Shown: positions 51,421 through 64,000 of the stretch, in pieces | Numbering within the stretch: position 1 is the stretch's first letter | Layout of the letters: every line of letters begins with the position of its first letter | NCBI GenBank assembly: GCA_964252035.1 | Contig: OZ176208.1 | Reading direction: 5' to 3' (one strand) | Length of the DNA stretch: 64,000 nt | Source of the DNA: Podarcis erhardii | Taxonomy: Eukaryota | Notes under the pieces: model-generated | Seen by the model: only the letters and a program-made list of their open reading frames with translations | What the model was told of the DNA's origin: nothing | Databases searched by the model: none | Made by a program: the position numbers and the translations under genes

Positions 51421-53159
51421 AGGACTCTATTAGAAATGCCGGCGAGAGATTCGAGCGGCTGACCCCAAAGGCGGCTGCGAGCAAACAGGCCTGTCTGGCT
51501 AGGAATCCACATCGCAATCCACAAAAAAAGCCCGACTCCTTTCCCCGCCCTTCCCGTCGAGGGGCGTCACTTTCCGCGCTGCTCCCCGCTCCGCCCCCCC
51601 GCCTGGTTTCCCTGTAAAGTAGGCAGGCAGCGTTTGAAGGGAGATCTTGGCACCCCCCCCCCCCGCGCGCGTGCGTGTGTGGATAGACAGAAGTGGGCCT
51701 GTAAGAAGAGCGGATGTTTTGAAAGTTTTATGAATATAGACGGGCTATTGATTGCCTTCAGGAGCTCGGCTCGGCTGAACCCAGCACGTTTCGTCGGGGA
51801 AGGAATTAAAAGCTGGAAGGAGAAAAAAGCCAAGAGACTTGGGCGGCTTCTTGATGTTTCTGCAGCGGCAAACGGCGAGCGGCTGCCTATTCCTCCATCT
51901 TCCCGGGCATTCGCCTGCTCCTGAGGACGGAAAGAAAGAAAGATCGCCTTCTCTCCTTCTAGGATTACTGGATCAATAAACTAAGATCGCTATATTTAAA
52001 GCTTGTATGTACACACACTTGGGGGGGTGTTAGCTTCGTTGAACACGGGGGGGGGGCTTATCTTCGAGGAAATGCGCTTAGGATCGGGGCACACTTCAGG
52101 CATCCAAAAGCACGAAGAGAATTCAGTTTTGGGTCTCTCTTTGTCCCTTGCCCGTAAAACTGTTAGGATTACGTTCCTGGAAATACACTTCACAATTTAG
52201 CGGTGTTATTGTTTGCTGTTGTTTTACAGCTTCGGTTCTTCGGCATTTTAACAGTCTTCACTTAACGGAAGGTAAAACGTCAAAGTGAGCTTGAAGAGCT
52301 AACAGATTATAAAGGGAAGAAAAACCAGAGGAACAGAGTCCGCGAATAACAGGGAATTTATTTCAGGAAGGACAAAACGTACTTGCAAGGATTAGGGGAG
52401 GGACGAGGAGAACTTTTCATTGGGTTGTTAAATGGATTAAAAATGTAAATTGTGCATTGAATTCCCACTAGCACGATATACACACCCACCCGCTGGGGGT
52501 TTCACCAGGGCAACAACTTTAATTATATTTTATCCAGCTCTATCTACAAGACTTCCAAACTTTGGACAGGGAAATGAAGTACGTATATAATCTCTGAATT
52601 GTTCCCAAATTGTGTTATTTCATTGACGGTCAATGAATATCGCTGAAGAAGTGTGTGCGGTTTTTGTGAGTGTTTTATTACCTTTTCACGCCAGCTTTAA
52701 CAGTGCATGACACACACAATGACTACACACAGACATACAGGATGCATAACTGAGTATCTCTCGAAATACAATTATTATCAGCAGAACCCTCCCACCCCAA
52801 TTTGAAATATATGTCCGGAGAAATATGTGTCCAATCTTTAATCCAATTTCTATTCACAACTGTGCAAGCTGACTTTAAAGGTGCATTTAATGCAGTGATA
52901 GTTAAATATTTTAAGGGCATATGATTTGGCTTGCTAAATGCCTCGTTTGATACGCAGACTAGACAGATGTAGCTCTCAATAGTCGTCCCCGGTAGGCCGG
53001 GACAGTTAATCTTCCACGAACCAGGAAAGATTTACGCTTTTCAAGATCCGTACGAAGACTCGGCTAATTAGATTGCTGAACCTCCTCACCCTCCCACAGG
53101 GTGAACAAGAACACTTACCGAACACACACGCACCATTCCTATCCCAACCAATGAGTCTC

Positions 53160-53160
<1 letters not shown>

Positions 53161-53238
<78 letters not shown>
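53161..53238. repeat. Compound (AC)n(AG)n microsatellite
   Basis: Direct reading. Confidence 0.95.
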
Positions 53239-53242
<4 letters not shown>

Positions 53243-54558
53243 TGATTTAAAGCGAACTGAGACTCCTTAAAGTGAAAAGACACAAATCAGCTTAGATAAG
53301 GGTTACCTATTCTCAGATCGGAGCCTTCTGTCCCAAGCCAGTGTACTAAGTCGCGTTGAACTCGGCTGGTCTTGTTACTAAGTAAACAGGCGCACGATCG
53401 GATTGTCCTACGCTTTTGTCTACAATGCATTTCACACGCCGGCCACTGTGTGGGATACACCGAACAACCCAACTTCAGCCGATGGAGGTGGACTGGTGGT
53501 TTAGCTCCGAGAGACTTCAAGCGGATGACTTGAATCGATCGACTATGAATCGGCAGTCATTGCAAACACTCACCTCCCCAGTCCGCAAATTAAGTGCAGC
53601 AGATTTTAAATCGTAGGTTGACAATCACTGCCCAATGCCAATAAGTATGTCCTTTTCCTACAAAAATTGCAAACACCCCTGTCCCAGTTTAATCCAAGTA
53701 GAGCTGTAACCCACCCACCACATTTTCTTTCAATGAAATTTATTTCCAGGTTTACTGGAGATAAGTCCCGCTAACCACTCACGTCAAGGCGTAGCCTGTA
53801 GGAAATAAAGGAGATACCAGAGAGGAAGCTACTTAGGCTAGCTGCCCTGCAGCCCAATCCTATGCTCGTTTACCTGCAGGTAAGTACCACCGATAAGCCA
53901 ATTTAGAATCAAATAAGTGAACAAAGGGGGGTCAGCCGCCCAGCCCTCCCAAGCATGAGTGCTTACTCGGAAGTAAGAATGATTTCTGTCAACTTCCTCC
54001 CAGATTCATGGGATTGCAACTTTTAGCAGTCTTACTTTGATGGTGTAAGCCCCTTTAGAACTCATGGCACTTTCAAGTTAAAGAAAAGTTAAGAATGAGG
54101 TACCACCCATGGGATCTAGGGCGGCCCCTCGCTATTAGGGCTTTTCCATGTGAGTCTATTCTGCAACAATCTGGCTGTCTGCAGCGGTGATGTTTCCATA
54201 TACTGACATATGTGACATTTTGGTCCCATGGAAATAAAGGAGCTTTATGTACATGTATCTGAAAGGCCCTAGACAGAAGGTAGATTGGAATCTACTGGTA
54301 GTCTGTGATTTGAAGTAGAACAGCAAGGAGGAGGAGCAACAAATCACCTCTCTTCACCAAATCAGGTGGCTGAGATGAAGAAGGTTGGGGTGAGGAGAAC
54401 CAGGAGTGGATTTTTGAGTGACAAGACTGTGAGATCTCAGTTCTGGAAACTGATTCTGAGCACTGAGTTCCTTATTCTAAGATTATGTTGGCCCCTCTCC
54501 TAAGCTACTGTTTTGTAGCAGTGTGTATGGACTGTAGCTTAAGCATTAGTGGATCTCT

Positions 54559-54560
<2 letters not shown>

Positions 54561-54588
<28 letters not shown>
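54561..54588. repeat. (TG)n microsatellite
   Basis: Direct reading. Confidence 0.95.
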
Positions 54589-54592
<4 letters not shown>

Positions 54593-55079
54593 AAAGTAGT
54601 TTCCACAAGCCTGAAGTCTGCCTGGCCCTGATCCCCATCAGAAAATCTACTGTGACAATTGAAATAGAAAAACTTGATGCCTACTCCCTCCCCTCTTTCT
54701 CCTTGCTATTGTTCTTTGCAGTTGCTTTGCCTTGCCAGAAGGAGACCTTTGCCCTACATGGTGTAAAGAACATTGTCCTATGGCTCCTTGATCGCTTAGG
54801 CCCTCTGATGTGGTGTACAAACAAGAAGATGTTTCTTCCTAGGTTCAATTGTACAAATGATGAGCATATCGCTGAGTAACCAGTAGATAGAGTCTCCTTT
54901 GGCTAACCTGAAGCCAAAGGGCAGAACAATGGCCCAGTAAACAAATCAGTAATCTTGTTTATTGAAATAGGCTTTTGTAGAGTAAGTAGTGACCTGAAGG
55001 GTGAAATATTGAGTTCGGAGGAAGTAGGGATATTCAGGAACAATTCTGGATGGAATAGGAAACACCTAAGCCATTTCTT

Positions 55080-55411
55080 GGGACGTGGGTGGCACTGTGG
55101 GTTAAACCACAGAGCCTAGGGCTTGCCGATCAGAAGGTTGGCAGTCCAAATCTCCACGACAGGGTGAGCTCCCATTGCTCGGTCCCAGCTCCTGCCAACC
55201 TAGCAGTTCGAACACATGAAGTGCAAGTAGATAAATAGGTACTGCTCCGGCGGGAAGGTAGATGGAGTTTCCGTGTGTTGCTCTGCTTCTCCAGAAGTGG
55301 TTTAGTCATGCTGGTGACATGAACTGGAAGCTGTAAAGTGAGATGAGCGTCGCAACGCTAGAGTCATCCGCGACTGGACCTAATGGTCAGGGGTCCCTTT
55401 ACCTTTACTTT
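55080..55411 (+). mobile_element. Sauria SINE (lacertid-type), full length
   Basis: gggacgtgggtggcactgtgggttaaaccacagagcctagggcttgccgatcagaagg...ggtcaggggtccctttaccttta tail; 12-bp TSD taagccatttct at 55067-55078 and 55412-55423. Confidence 0.95.
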
Positions 55412-55555
55412 TAAGCCATTTCTCAGGACCAATTTTCTCTTACCACTTGACCACAACAGGAGTAAAACTGCTTCAAATACGATGGCTAATGCTGAGTCTT
55501 ACTCTGGGTAAGTAAGTATAGACTACAGCTTTAAACATGCTTAGAAGCATAACAT

Positions 55556-55691
55556 TTGGGTAGCCAACACAGTGTCTTTTAGATGCTGTTAGAATCCAAC
55601 TCCTATCAACCCCAGTCAACATAGCCAGTGGTCAAAGATGATGGGAAGTGGAGTCCAATAACATATGGAGGGAACCATGTTGACTATCCTG
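55556..55691. mobile_element. hAT-like palindromic MITE
   Basis: Imperfect inverted ends gggtagccaacacagtg... and ...gggaaccatgttgactatcctg; a similar fragment lies at about 29005-29105. Confidence 0.6.
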
Positions 55692-55847
55692 CTATAACTA
55701 ATAGCAAGCACTCAACCTCTCCTTTACCTTTTTACCTGAGGTCCTCTTGCAACCTCCCTCCCTCTATAAATTTCTCCCAAATCCCTCCCACTGCCATGCT
55801 TTCTTGCCCTCCTTTCACCCATGGGTGTCTGTCCCCGAGACTTCAGT

Positions 55848-55993
55848 CATAAGAACAGAAGAACCCTGCTAGATCAGGCCAAAGGCTCATCTAATCCACC
55901 ATCCTGTCCTCACAGTGGCCAACCAGATGCCTATGGGAAACCATAAAGCAGAACCATCAGCACAACAGTGCTGCCCTCTTGTGATTCCCAGCT
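55848..55993 (-). mobile_element. CR1 LINE 3' terminus
   Basis: cataagaacagaagaaccctgctagatcaggccaaaggctcatctaatcc...cacagtggccaaccagatgcc. Confidence 0.8.
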
Positions 55994-57459
55994 CCTTAAC
56001 TCATATGTCAAGAGTATCCTCTTCTTTTCCACTAATCGTGTCTGTTTTCTGCTCTAAGTTCTCAAGAGCAATACCTTGAAGAAAGACTTTCCTGAACAAC
56101 TTCTGTATCACATCTCTCTGCAGACCACAAACTTATACATACTAGGTTTATGCCACATTGAGGAAGATCCTTGTAAACTATGGTCTGTTCCCTTACTATC
56201 CCCCCTTATAGAGCTATAGTTTCCATGATCACTTCTGGGCAGTGTTATGTCTATAGGTCCTAATTTCCTCTGCCCCACACTCCATTCACCTACTCCTGAG
56301 CACTCTTCAGTCTAGTCTCTGAGTTCAGCCTCAGAGCAAGGACCATGGCATTTCTGCTGTCTACAGCAACCACCTAGCACCCAGATGGTGCAATCCTTCT
56401 ACCCCTTGCCTGGGAGTAAGTTCTACTGAATTCAATGGGACTTCCTTCTGCATAGAAATGTAAAAGATTGCATTGTTGCTGATGAGTTTGGGGCATACTA
56501 TATGGCAGGGGCATGGAATCCACTGGCTGCATTGCCTCATGCTTGGGAGGAGGTACCTGCCAGCATTGGGTGGGGCCAGAGGCAAAGTGGGTGGGGCAAC
56601 AGATGTACAACAGACTACATTCCAGCCATGCAAAAGTCTATCTCTCTCTCTTTGTGTGTGTTTTACAAACACCTCTCTCCATCCAAGTAAACAAGAGGCT
56701 TTATCACAGTTCAAGGACACATTCCAGCCAGGCCAAAACACTCAAGGAGCCTTGGAGCAGGGCTGTCTCTGCTGCTGGTGAGGTGCAGCAGGGAAAAACA
56801 AGTGTGACCCGAATTGCGGGTGTGGCCTGAGAAGTGTCCAGAGGGCTGGCTAGAGAGGCTTTGAGGCTTATATTTAGCCAGAAGACTGAGGCTGTCTGCC
56901 GGGGCTGTACTGGATTTGGGTCCCTGTCCAGACTCTGATAGTCCTGAGACTGGAGGGCTTTTACCAAGAAATCCCGTTGCTATATGGTGTGCTCTCCTAT
57001 GCATTGCATTACATATCTACTCTGAAGCAGGCCCTACTGCGCGTGCATAGGATTGCAACTCAGGTCCCCCCAAATGTGAGGTCTACACTTGGTTCTCTTG
57101 CCCAGTAGAATTTAGGGAAAAGCCTTTGAAGGGAGAAAGAGACCCCGAGCGAGAGTTTGTTGCCTAAGCTGAAAGGAAGAGGGTTCCTAACATTTGAAGC
57201 CTGTCTTGTGCAGAATTGCCCTAGTCTTGACAGCAGTCGGGTCGTCTTTCTTCCGCCAGAATCAAAACACCGAGTCCCATAGCAGAGATGACTTTTTGCC
57301 GCGATTTCTTGACCGCCCAAGAGGCGCCTCTGCGTTCCCGCCCTCCTCCTCTTCCAAACTGACAGGGTGATGTGGTTTTTTGGGGGGTGTTTTTTTAAAA
57401 AAAGTTTCCAGAGGAGCAAGACAGCTTATCAGCCGAATTCCCAATGCATGAGTCACAGC

Positions 57460-60400
57460 CAGCAATCCTAAATGCACTTACCAAAGCGTAAAACTACTGT
57501 CCTATCCACAGGCAGTCTCATCGTACTCAGCAGGACTTAATACTGAGTAGCTAGGCATAGGATTGCGACGTAAGTCTCCAGGGAGTTACTGGAATTTACT
57601 ACGCAGTTAAGTTGCAATCGTACGGTGTTTTGTTGAACTTGCAAGTTGATGTTTCCATTGAGATCAACGTCCCCTGGATCTCACAAGTTCGGGATGTGAT
57701 TCTGGAAGAATTGAACTCGATTGCAATACATTGGCTTAAACGCGCCCCACTCCACCCCTTTTTCTACGGGGTTTGGTATATGTGTACGGACCAGCTGCGC
57801 CCTTTCATGGGGAAGGAAATCCATTAGAGCCGCGGAGATTTAAATGTTTGTATCGGGAGGCAAATGGGACTTCAGGTTTCCAACGCTCTGTCTGGAATAA
57901 ATTAAAACTTTCCACATTATTTCTGTCTCTGCAGCCAGGTAAGCGGTGGACGCCACGTGCTGTCTAGCTGGCTAGTCCGCGAACAGGATGCTGGACTAGA
58001 TGGGCCATTGGCCCCATCCAGCAGGCTTTTCGTATGTGTGAACTTCTTGGGCAGTTCACGTGGACTTCAACGGGCCTTGCGCAGGAGACCTTCCCCGCGG
58101 ATTATGCGCTGTGTCTGTAGTTGCTCCATAGCCATAGCAGCAAAATATAATGTTACTTCAGAGTTGTCTGACTTTGCCTAGGCTACGATTTAATTCCAGA
58201 AAATCCATGCATTATGTGCTCCAAAAGTAGTAGCCGAAGTCTGAGGTTACTTTCCTCTGAACATTGTTTCCTGAGTGCATCTGGAGTGAAACGTTCGGCC
58301 ATATTTCTGTCATTTTTCTCGGGAGATGTAAATCTTTCCACCCCATTTCCATCGCCTGAGACAAGAAAGGTACGCAGTCCTATCGAAGCCCTAACAACCA
58401 AATGAATCTAACGCACCGATTTTGCTTGGTAAGGCAGCGATTGTATGGACATTTGCCTATAAGTAAGTCTCGTCGAACACAACGGGGTTTCTTCCTGAGT
58501 ACTCATGCATAGGATTGCGCAGGCTGCAAACCTACCCAAGCTGTCTTAGAAATCAGTCTCGGAGTATTTATTGGAACTTACTTCCGAGTAAACATAGGGT
58601 CGGGTTGAGTTGGGCAAGTAACTCCTAATGAAAATAACGAGGCTGGTTTCTGATTAGATAAATGTCTGGGCTTACCTGGAAGTAAGCCTCACTGAACGCA
58701 GCGGGGCTTACTTCCAAGTAAACGTGCAACTGGAATCATATGATACAACCGGGTGGTTTAATAATCTGGCGTCCGGCGCCCCCAACTGGGATTTTAATGG
58801 ATGCTGATTCTATGGCAAATCCAGAGTATTTAATGGGACAGTCTCAAGAATGCACGCCAAGGATGGCGTTTCCCAATTAAGCTCGATCATAATCTGTTTA
58901 CCCCCGACATTGATTTCAAAGAGGAGTCGCTTAAGGTGGTTGGCAGCCGTCAGACCAATCCAAACTTCAGAAGTTAAGCCCCAGAGAATTCAGCGGGACT
59001 GACGCCCTAGCACCTACGGAACTGGGTGGAGAGACTGACCTCTCATTTTGTACCCTGGCCGTGTTTCCTTGGGACGAAGTCACTTTAATTTCACTGGAAC
59101 TTACTTTCGAAGTCAGTTTATGTTACTAAGCGCCCTAACTTCGAAGTGCCCCCGCCTACAATTAGACTTGAATCCCCGAAGAAGGGCATTCATAATTATA
59201 GCCTCTCCTTTGAGTGTCTACTCGGAAGTAAGCCCACTTGCGCTCACTATGGCTTACAACAGGCCTTGAAAACCTATGCATGTCTACTCAGAAGTAAGTC
59301 CTATTGAATGCAATGAGTAAACACGCAACGGCTGAAGCTGCAAAAAATGCGTGTCCCGTTAATTTCACATTGCCGCGCAATGAGATCCTAGGCTTCTATA
59401 TTTATTAGGAAGGAAATCTTCAGAGCCCAGTGGAACTCCCCTTCCCTCCCTTGTGCGCAGGGACCGCAGCCTTAGGATCAGCCTTCAGGCTTACAGGTGG
59501 AAACTATTTTCTTTTTCATAATTCCTCTTTGAGGGGACCCGCCAGCCATGTAAACACAGGGGGAGGAAAAGAAAAACACAGTCTTGCTAACCCCTTAACC
59601 CTTTCCTGGAGTCCGATAGTTGAAATGGTTTCCAAGGCGAAATAAAAGCCGACCTGTAAAAGAAAAAGAAAAAGTGTGTGTGTGTGTGTGTGAGCTCCTC
59701 TCCTGCCCCCAAACTCTGTTGAACATTAACAGTCTGGGAGCTGCATTGCGGTGTAAAATGTTACATATAAAAATGAATCATCTCTAAGTTTCTCGTAAAA
59801 GGTCCCATAAAACTAGCTCTATAAATCTTGGTATGCACTTAATCCTTTCGACTTGACTTCTTACGTTTCCACTAAATATTTGCACCCGAAAAACAAGAAA
59901 GCTGCTGTTGCTGCTCGCTATTAAACGACTGTCTGAGGTTGTTTTGTCCCACTAAGGCCACAATAGCTGAATGACACCATCAGTATTACCACTAGTAACA
60001 CCACCACAGCTCCGTTTAGACGCACAAAAGTCTTACGGAGGCTTCTCAACAGTCAATAAGCTGGAAAGGGAATTTAAAACCCCAGAGGACCATAGCGATG
60101 CTGACGGAGAATTGCATTGAAGTGGATTATGGGCTAGAGAGGATCCTGGGGCTACTCTAGAGTAGGCAGACAGGGCAGTCCACATCTGACTACTCACTAC
60201 CACCACTTCAGAAGGAGAGTGTCCTTCTAATCCGTTCCTCTGGAGTAATAGTAGTGGCTTCACTTCTAGACAACTGCACCATAAGGTGTCAAATATTTCG
60301 TTGTCTGGCCCCCATTCCTTTTGGAAAGTTCTCTCTGCTAACCCCCATCCCTTTTGTTTCGGGGTACTTCCATAATATCCCGTACTCGCAATCCGGATGA

Positions 60401-61395
60401 ACTGTGAACGCTTTAACTGTTTGCTCAGAAGCAAATCCCACTCCGTTGATTGTGGCTTGCGCTTCCGCAAGTGTGCATAACTCTGCCCGGTTTATTGAGC
60501 TGAATTCGGGGGAACTTTAATTCGGAATAAACCCGCACGGAATTGCCTTTCGCCTAACTCAGAAGAATTACTGCTGATTCGTCTGCAGGGACCTGGGCGG
60601 GGGGAGCGAATCATTCCTTCATCTTCTGTGAATGAACGTAAAAAGCTTGGATTCAAATTATTGGTTCTCCTAGAGTAGCTAAACTGACTTTTGTTAAGAC
60701 TGCTCACCTCGGAATATAGAGTTGAAGAACTGCATATTCCAGATGATTCCTGCATGGAGCCAAAGCTTGGACTTTCTAATCTCCCAGAGGCTCTTCCATC
60801 TCTAAAAACTTGCGCTTCTAATCAGGCAGTTAGGGAATGGGGTCTTGCTGAAACCCCCTCGCATCCTATGAATGCTTGCTCTGCATTTGGGATTACTCCC
60901 AAATCAGTGTGCAAAGGATTGCAAGCGGACACCAAGGGAGCGCTCCTGTGCAGATGTAAGTACCTGGTAGTAAGTTCCATTCAAAACCATGAGGATTATT
61001 TTTGAGTTGCATAAGATTGCGTTGCGCGGAGGAATTCGGTTTTACTGCCAGGGCTCAGAAATCTGCTATGCTCGCATCCTTTCCCTAAAAATGACCCACT
61101 CACGCCGAGGACCGCAATCCTATGCACACTTTAGTTGGACAAAACGAGATTTACTGCACGACACTCAGTGGCAAAATTCCTCCCAGCTGTTTTCTCCCAT
61201 CGCATCTAAGAAAAACAAGCCTCTAACAAGCCCAAGGTTAGTTAGGGATGTAATCGGCGCTGACACGTTTGAAAAAGACGTTCATGAATTTTAACGGCGC
61301 CATCCGATCCGAAACACGCCTACTCGAAAGTAAGTCCTGCGGATTTCCGACAGAGCTTATTCCCGAGAAAGTGGATATGGGGCTGTAGCCTAAGC
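57460..61395. mobile_element. Zone with many dispersed or tandem palindromic MITE copies (e.g. 57460-57570, 58440-58520, 58670-58730, 59200-59340, 60860-61020, 61310-61395) and a CR1 tail (57965-58037)
   Basis: Recurrent caatcctatgca...tactcagaagtaagtcc...attgaa...caatg...taggattgc motifs. Confidence 0.65.
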
Positions 61396-62179
61396 AGGCA
61401 AAGGACAAAGCTGATTTCTCCAGCGATCCTGTCTGGCTGGAGCGCCAATTAACTGAACTTGGAAGGGCAGTTCCATTCCCTTAAGAGACGGGGAAAGTTT
61501 CCTCTGCTCGCGCTGACTGCCGGGCGGCATCATCCTTATTAATTATCCCCAGCGTTCTATCATGAACTTGCCCACCCATTCATGAAAAGGGGAACTCTGC
61601 GCCGGCGCGCGCGCGCACGCACACCCGGCGAAAAAAGTTGCATCGCGAAACTGGCGGAAGATGGGGGAACTTCTCCCTCTTTTTGCATCAGCTCGGACCG
61701 ATCTTCCTTAAAATTGCTAGGATTATGAAAGTCTCCCTTTTCCACCCCACCCCTGCATCTGCAAGGCCTGATCCTTCCCCGGGATCTCTCGACTAAACCT
61801 TTCTGCTAAGAATCTAGCCTGGTTCAAGGTAAGAGCTATCCGCGTGGCTGGTTCCTCCGTGGAACTTGTCTTCATTCTTTAACCATGGACGGGTTCGCTC
61901 GCTCCTTCCTTCCTTCCTTCCTTCCTTCCTATTTCTATGCATACCCACATCATCATTCCTTCCCAGAAGAAGCATCTTCTGCAGATGACCCAATCACCAA
62001 TACGGTGATAAAGGGAATAGCAAGAAATACAAACCTTCCTCCTTTTATTATTCATTCCCCCCTTCAGTGAATAAATCTGGTTACATTCAACGCAAAAAAC
62101 GGAATTATATTATTGGCCTGCCTGGCTCGGCAGCATCTACGCTGACTGGTAGCAACTGGGGGGGGGGGGGTTCGAGTAG

Positions 62180-62262
62180 GGGACTTTCTTTACCCTACCT
62201 GGAGGGATTAAATCTGGGATCTTTGAAATGCAAGACATATGCTCTGCCACAGAGCTACACTA
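62180..62262 (-). mobile_element. tRNA-Ala-derived SINE head fragment
   Basis: ccctacctggagggattaaatctgggatctttgaaatgcaagacatatgctctgccacagagctacac. Confidence 0.65.
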
Positions 62263-64000
62263 CCTGACGCTCAGCACTCTTGCTACTAGCAAATTAATAA
62301 TGGTCTTAACAAAGAATAGTGAGGATAACACAGAAATCTGCTTCTGCGCATCCCTCTGTCAGGGCTCTCTGTCCTGCGCATCCCTCTGTCAGGGCTTTAA
62401 ATAGGTGTTCAATAGTTAGATGATGGGAGAGCTACCTGATTGCATGCCATTCTTGCTTTTCCTGAATTGTCCCAATTTTAGTAGTTGCATTGCAGAAGCG
62501 AGAACAATTTCACCCATTTGTGTGTCATTTTTACCTGCCACAGAGCTTTTAGAGTCACAAACTCCTCATGGAAAGAAAAATAGATTGTGACAGCCTTGCC
62601 CCCTCTTACAGAAATGAAATCAAAGAGGTGGAATTCACATTAGCAGCAGTGGTCTGCATATTTACCAGCAACATAATAATTTCAATAATTGGTACGTATA
62701 TTTACCAACAGTTTATTAATTTAGAGTTTCCCCCCTATATCTCATCATTCATCCAGATGATCCCACAGTGGTTAGTAATGAAAGAACCCCCCCCCACAAA
62801 TAAATAAAATAAAAACAAAATGTCTTAAAGAAAAAAAAGGTATTATATAATCCCCCGTGAACAAGGGGTTGATTCGCTCACTGAAACAAATGACGTATAT
62901 AAGAAACAGTAGTATTTTTTTAACAGACTATAATGGCTATGAATGAGTGCAGAGCTTGGTTGTATAAACATTCCTGACAGGAGAGTATAGAATCTAATTA
63001 GTGGTTACTACCTGTGTTATAACTACAGACAATTGGTGTGTTTATTAGGTCTGGATGTACGGTCCTGGCTCTCTCTGGTATCCACCCCTGCTTTGGAATA
63101 AGCAGCAGTCACGTGGTGATGACCACCCACAGGTAGGAAAACCAGGAGGAGTTGTTTTGCTAGGAAGAGTAGGAATAAGAGCACTCTTTGTCCTCTTCCT
63201 TATAGAAAAGAGCATTTCTCCAGCAGCTGTTGTGAAAGAGGCTCTTATTTTGACCCCAAGCAAGCAGATTTTGCTTTTAAAGAACCCAAACAAATACCAG
63301 CTTCCTCCTCTGTATTTATATGGTCCAGTTTGAGTTACAGCCTCCATTGCTTTCCCACTCTAGGATTATTTTGAGCAAAGGTTAGGAGCTTAACTTTCTG
63401 AGCTCAGGAGGTTAATTAGCTCTGTAGGTTAAGTAATGCCTATTTAATGCACATTTTAAGTTAATAATTAGAGGGTTTGTCTATAGGGAAGGTTTGCCCA
63501 CCACCACGAGTAATTAAGATATGTTTAGCTAATCTAGGTTAGCTAGCCCATTTTAAGGCTATTCAGACCATTTTAGCACTGATCAAAAGTAATGTGAACA
63601 TACTGCATTTGACTCTTATTCAAACAAGGTTAAGACTGGCTCAACCCAAAACAGGCTCTCTTAATCCATATTAAGTATATTTTACTTGACACCCTAGTAA
63701 GGGCTGATTAACCCTACAGATGAAAACGCCACGACGCAGGTCAGTAGCCAGCATGGACTATCGAAATGCATTCTATGCATAACACATTATCCACACAGCA
63801 CACAGAAGTCCTCTTCAGTAGTTTTATTCTTTGTTGCTAGAGTATACAGTGCCTAAAATGGTCTGAGATTTAAACAAACAATGCTACTGCAACCTTTCTG
63901 CAAAAGCAAACACGCTTTAGAAGGTATGTAGCCAGCATATGAAAAGAAAAGAATGGGTTGTTTTTATAAGTACTGTATAATGACAGCTTGAATGGAACTG

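Noticed and set aside
60033-60470. 145-aa minus-strand ORF
   Set aside because: No recognisable family, no codon bias evident, and no supporting exon structure.
62344-62396. 23-bp direct duplication ctgcgcatccctctgtcagggct
   Set aside because: An isolated local slippage duplication with no spacer array or associated genes; not CRISPR-like.

Overview
Squamate (probably lacertid lizard) genomic DNA containing the complete PITX2 homeobox gene on the + strand. No other protein-coding gene is supported. All three major isoforms can be assembled from canonical GT-AG exons: PITX2a (exons 19342-19387, 42132-42337, 46525-47088; 271 aa), PITX2b (adds 20300-20437; 317 aa) and PITX2c (own promoter and first exon 39453-39708; 341 aa, Ser/His-expanded N-terminus). 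The locus sits in a broad CpG-retaining domain, is heavily invaded by small palindromic MITEs, and carries SINE, L2, CR1, RTE and Penelope-like fragments. I found no wholly new multi-gene system. The best leads are: (1) an apparently unexplained tandem FoxH1 plus Smad site pair about 3.5 kb downstream of the gene, in addition to the expected intronic asymmetric enhancer; (2) a complete minimal dimer-type hammerhead ribozyme in a young Penelope-like insertion, in sense orientation inside the PITX2a/b intron; (3) tandem MITE arrays carrying perfect 5' splice sites; (4) several motif-dense candidate enhancers. Cross-species comparisons are from memory, motif scans were by eye, and no alignments were run.
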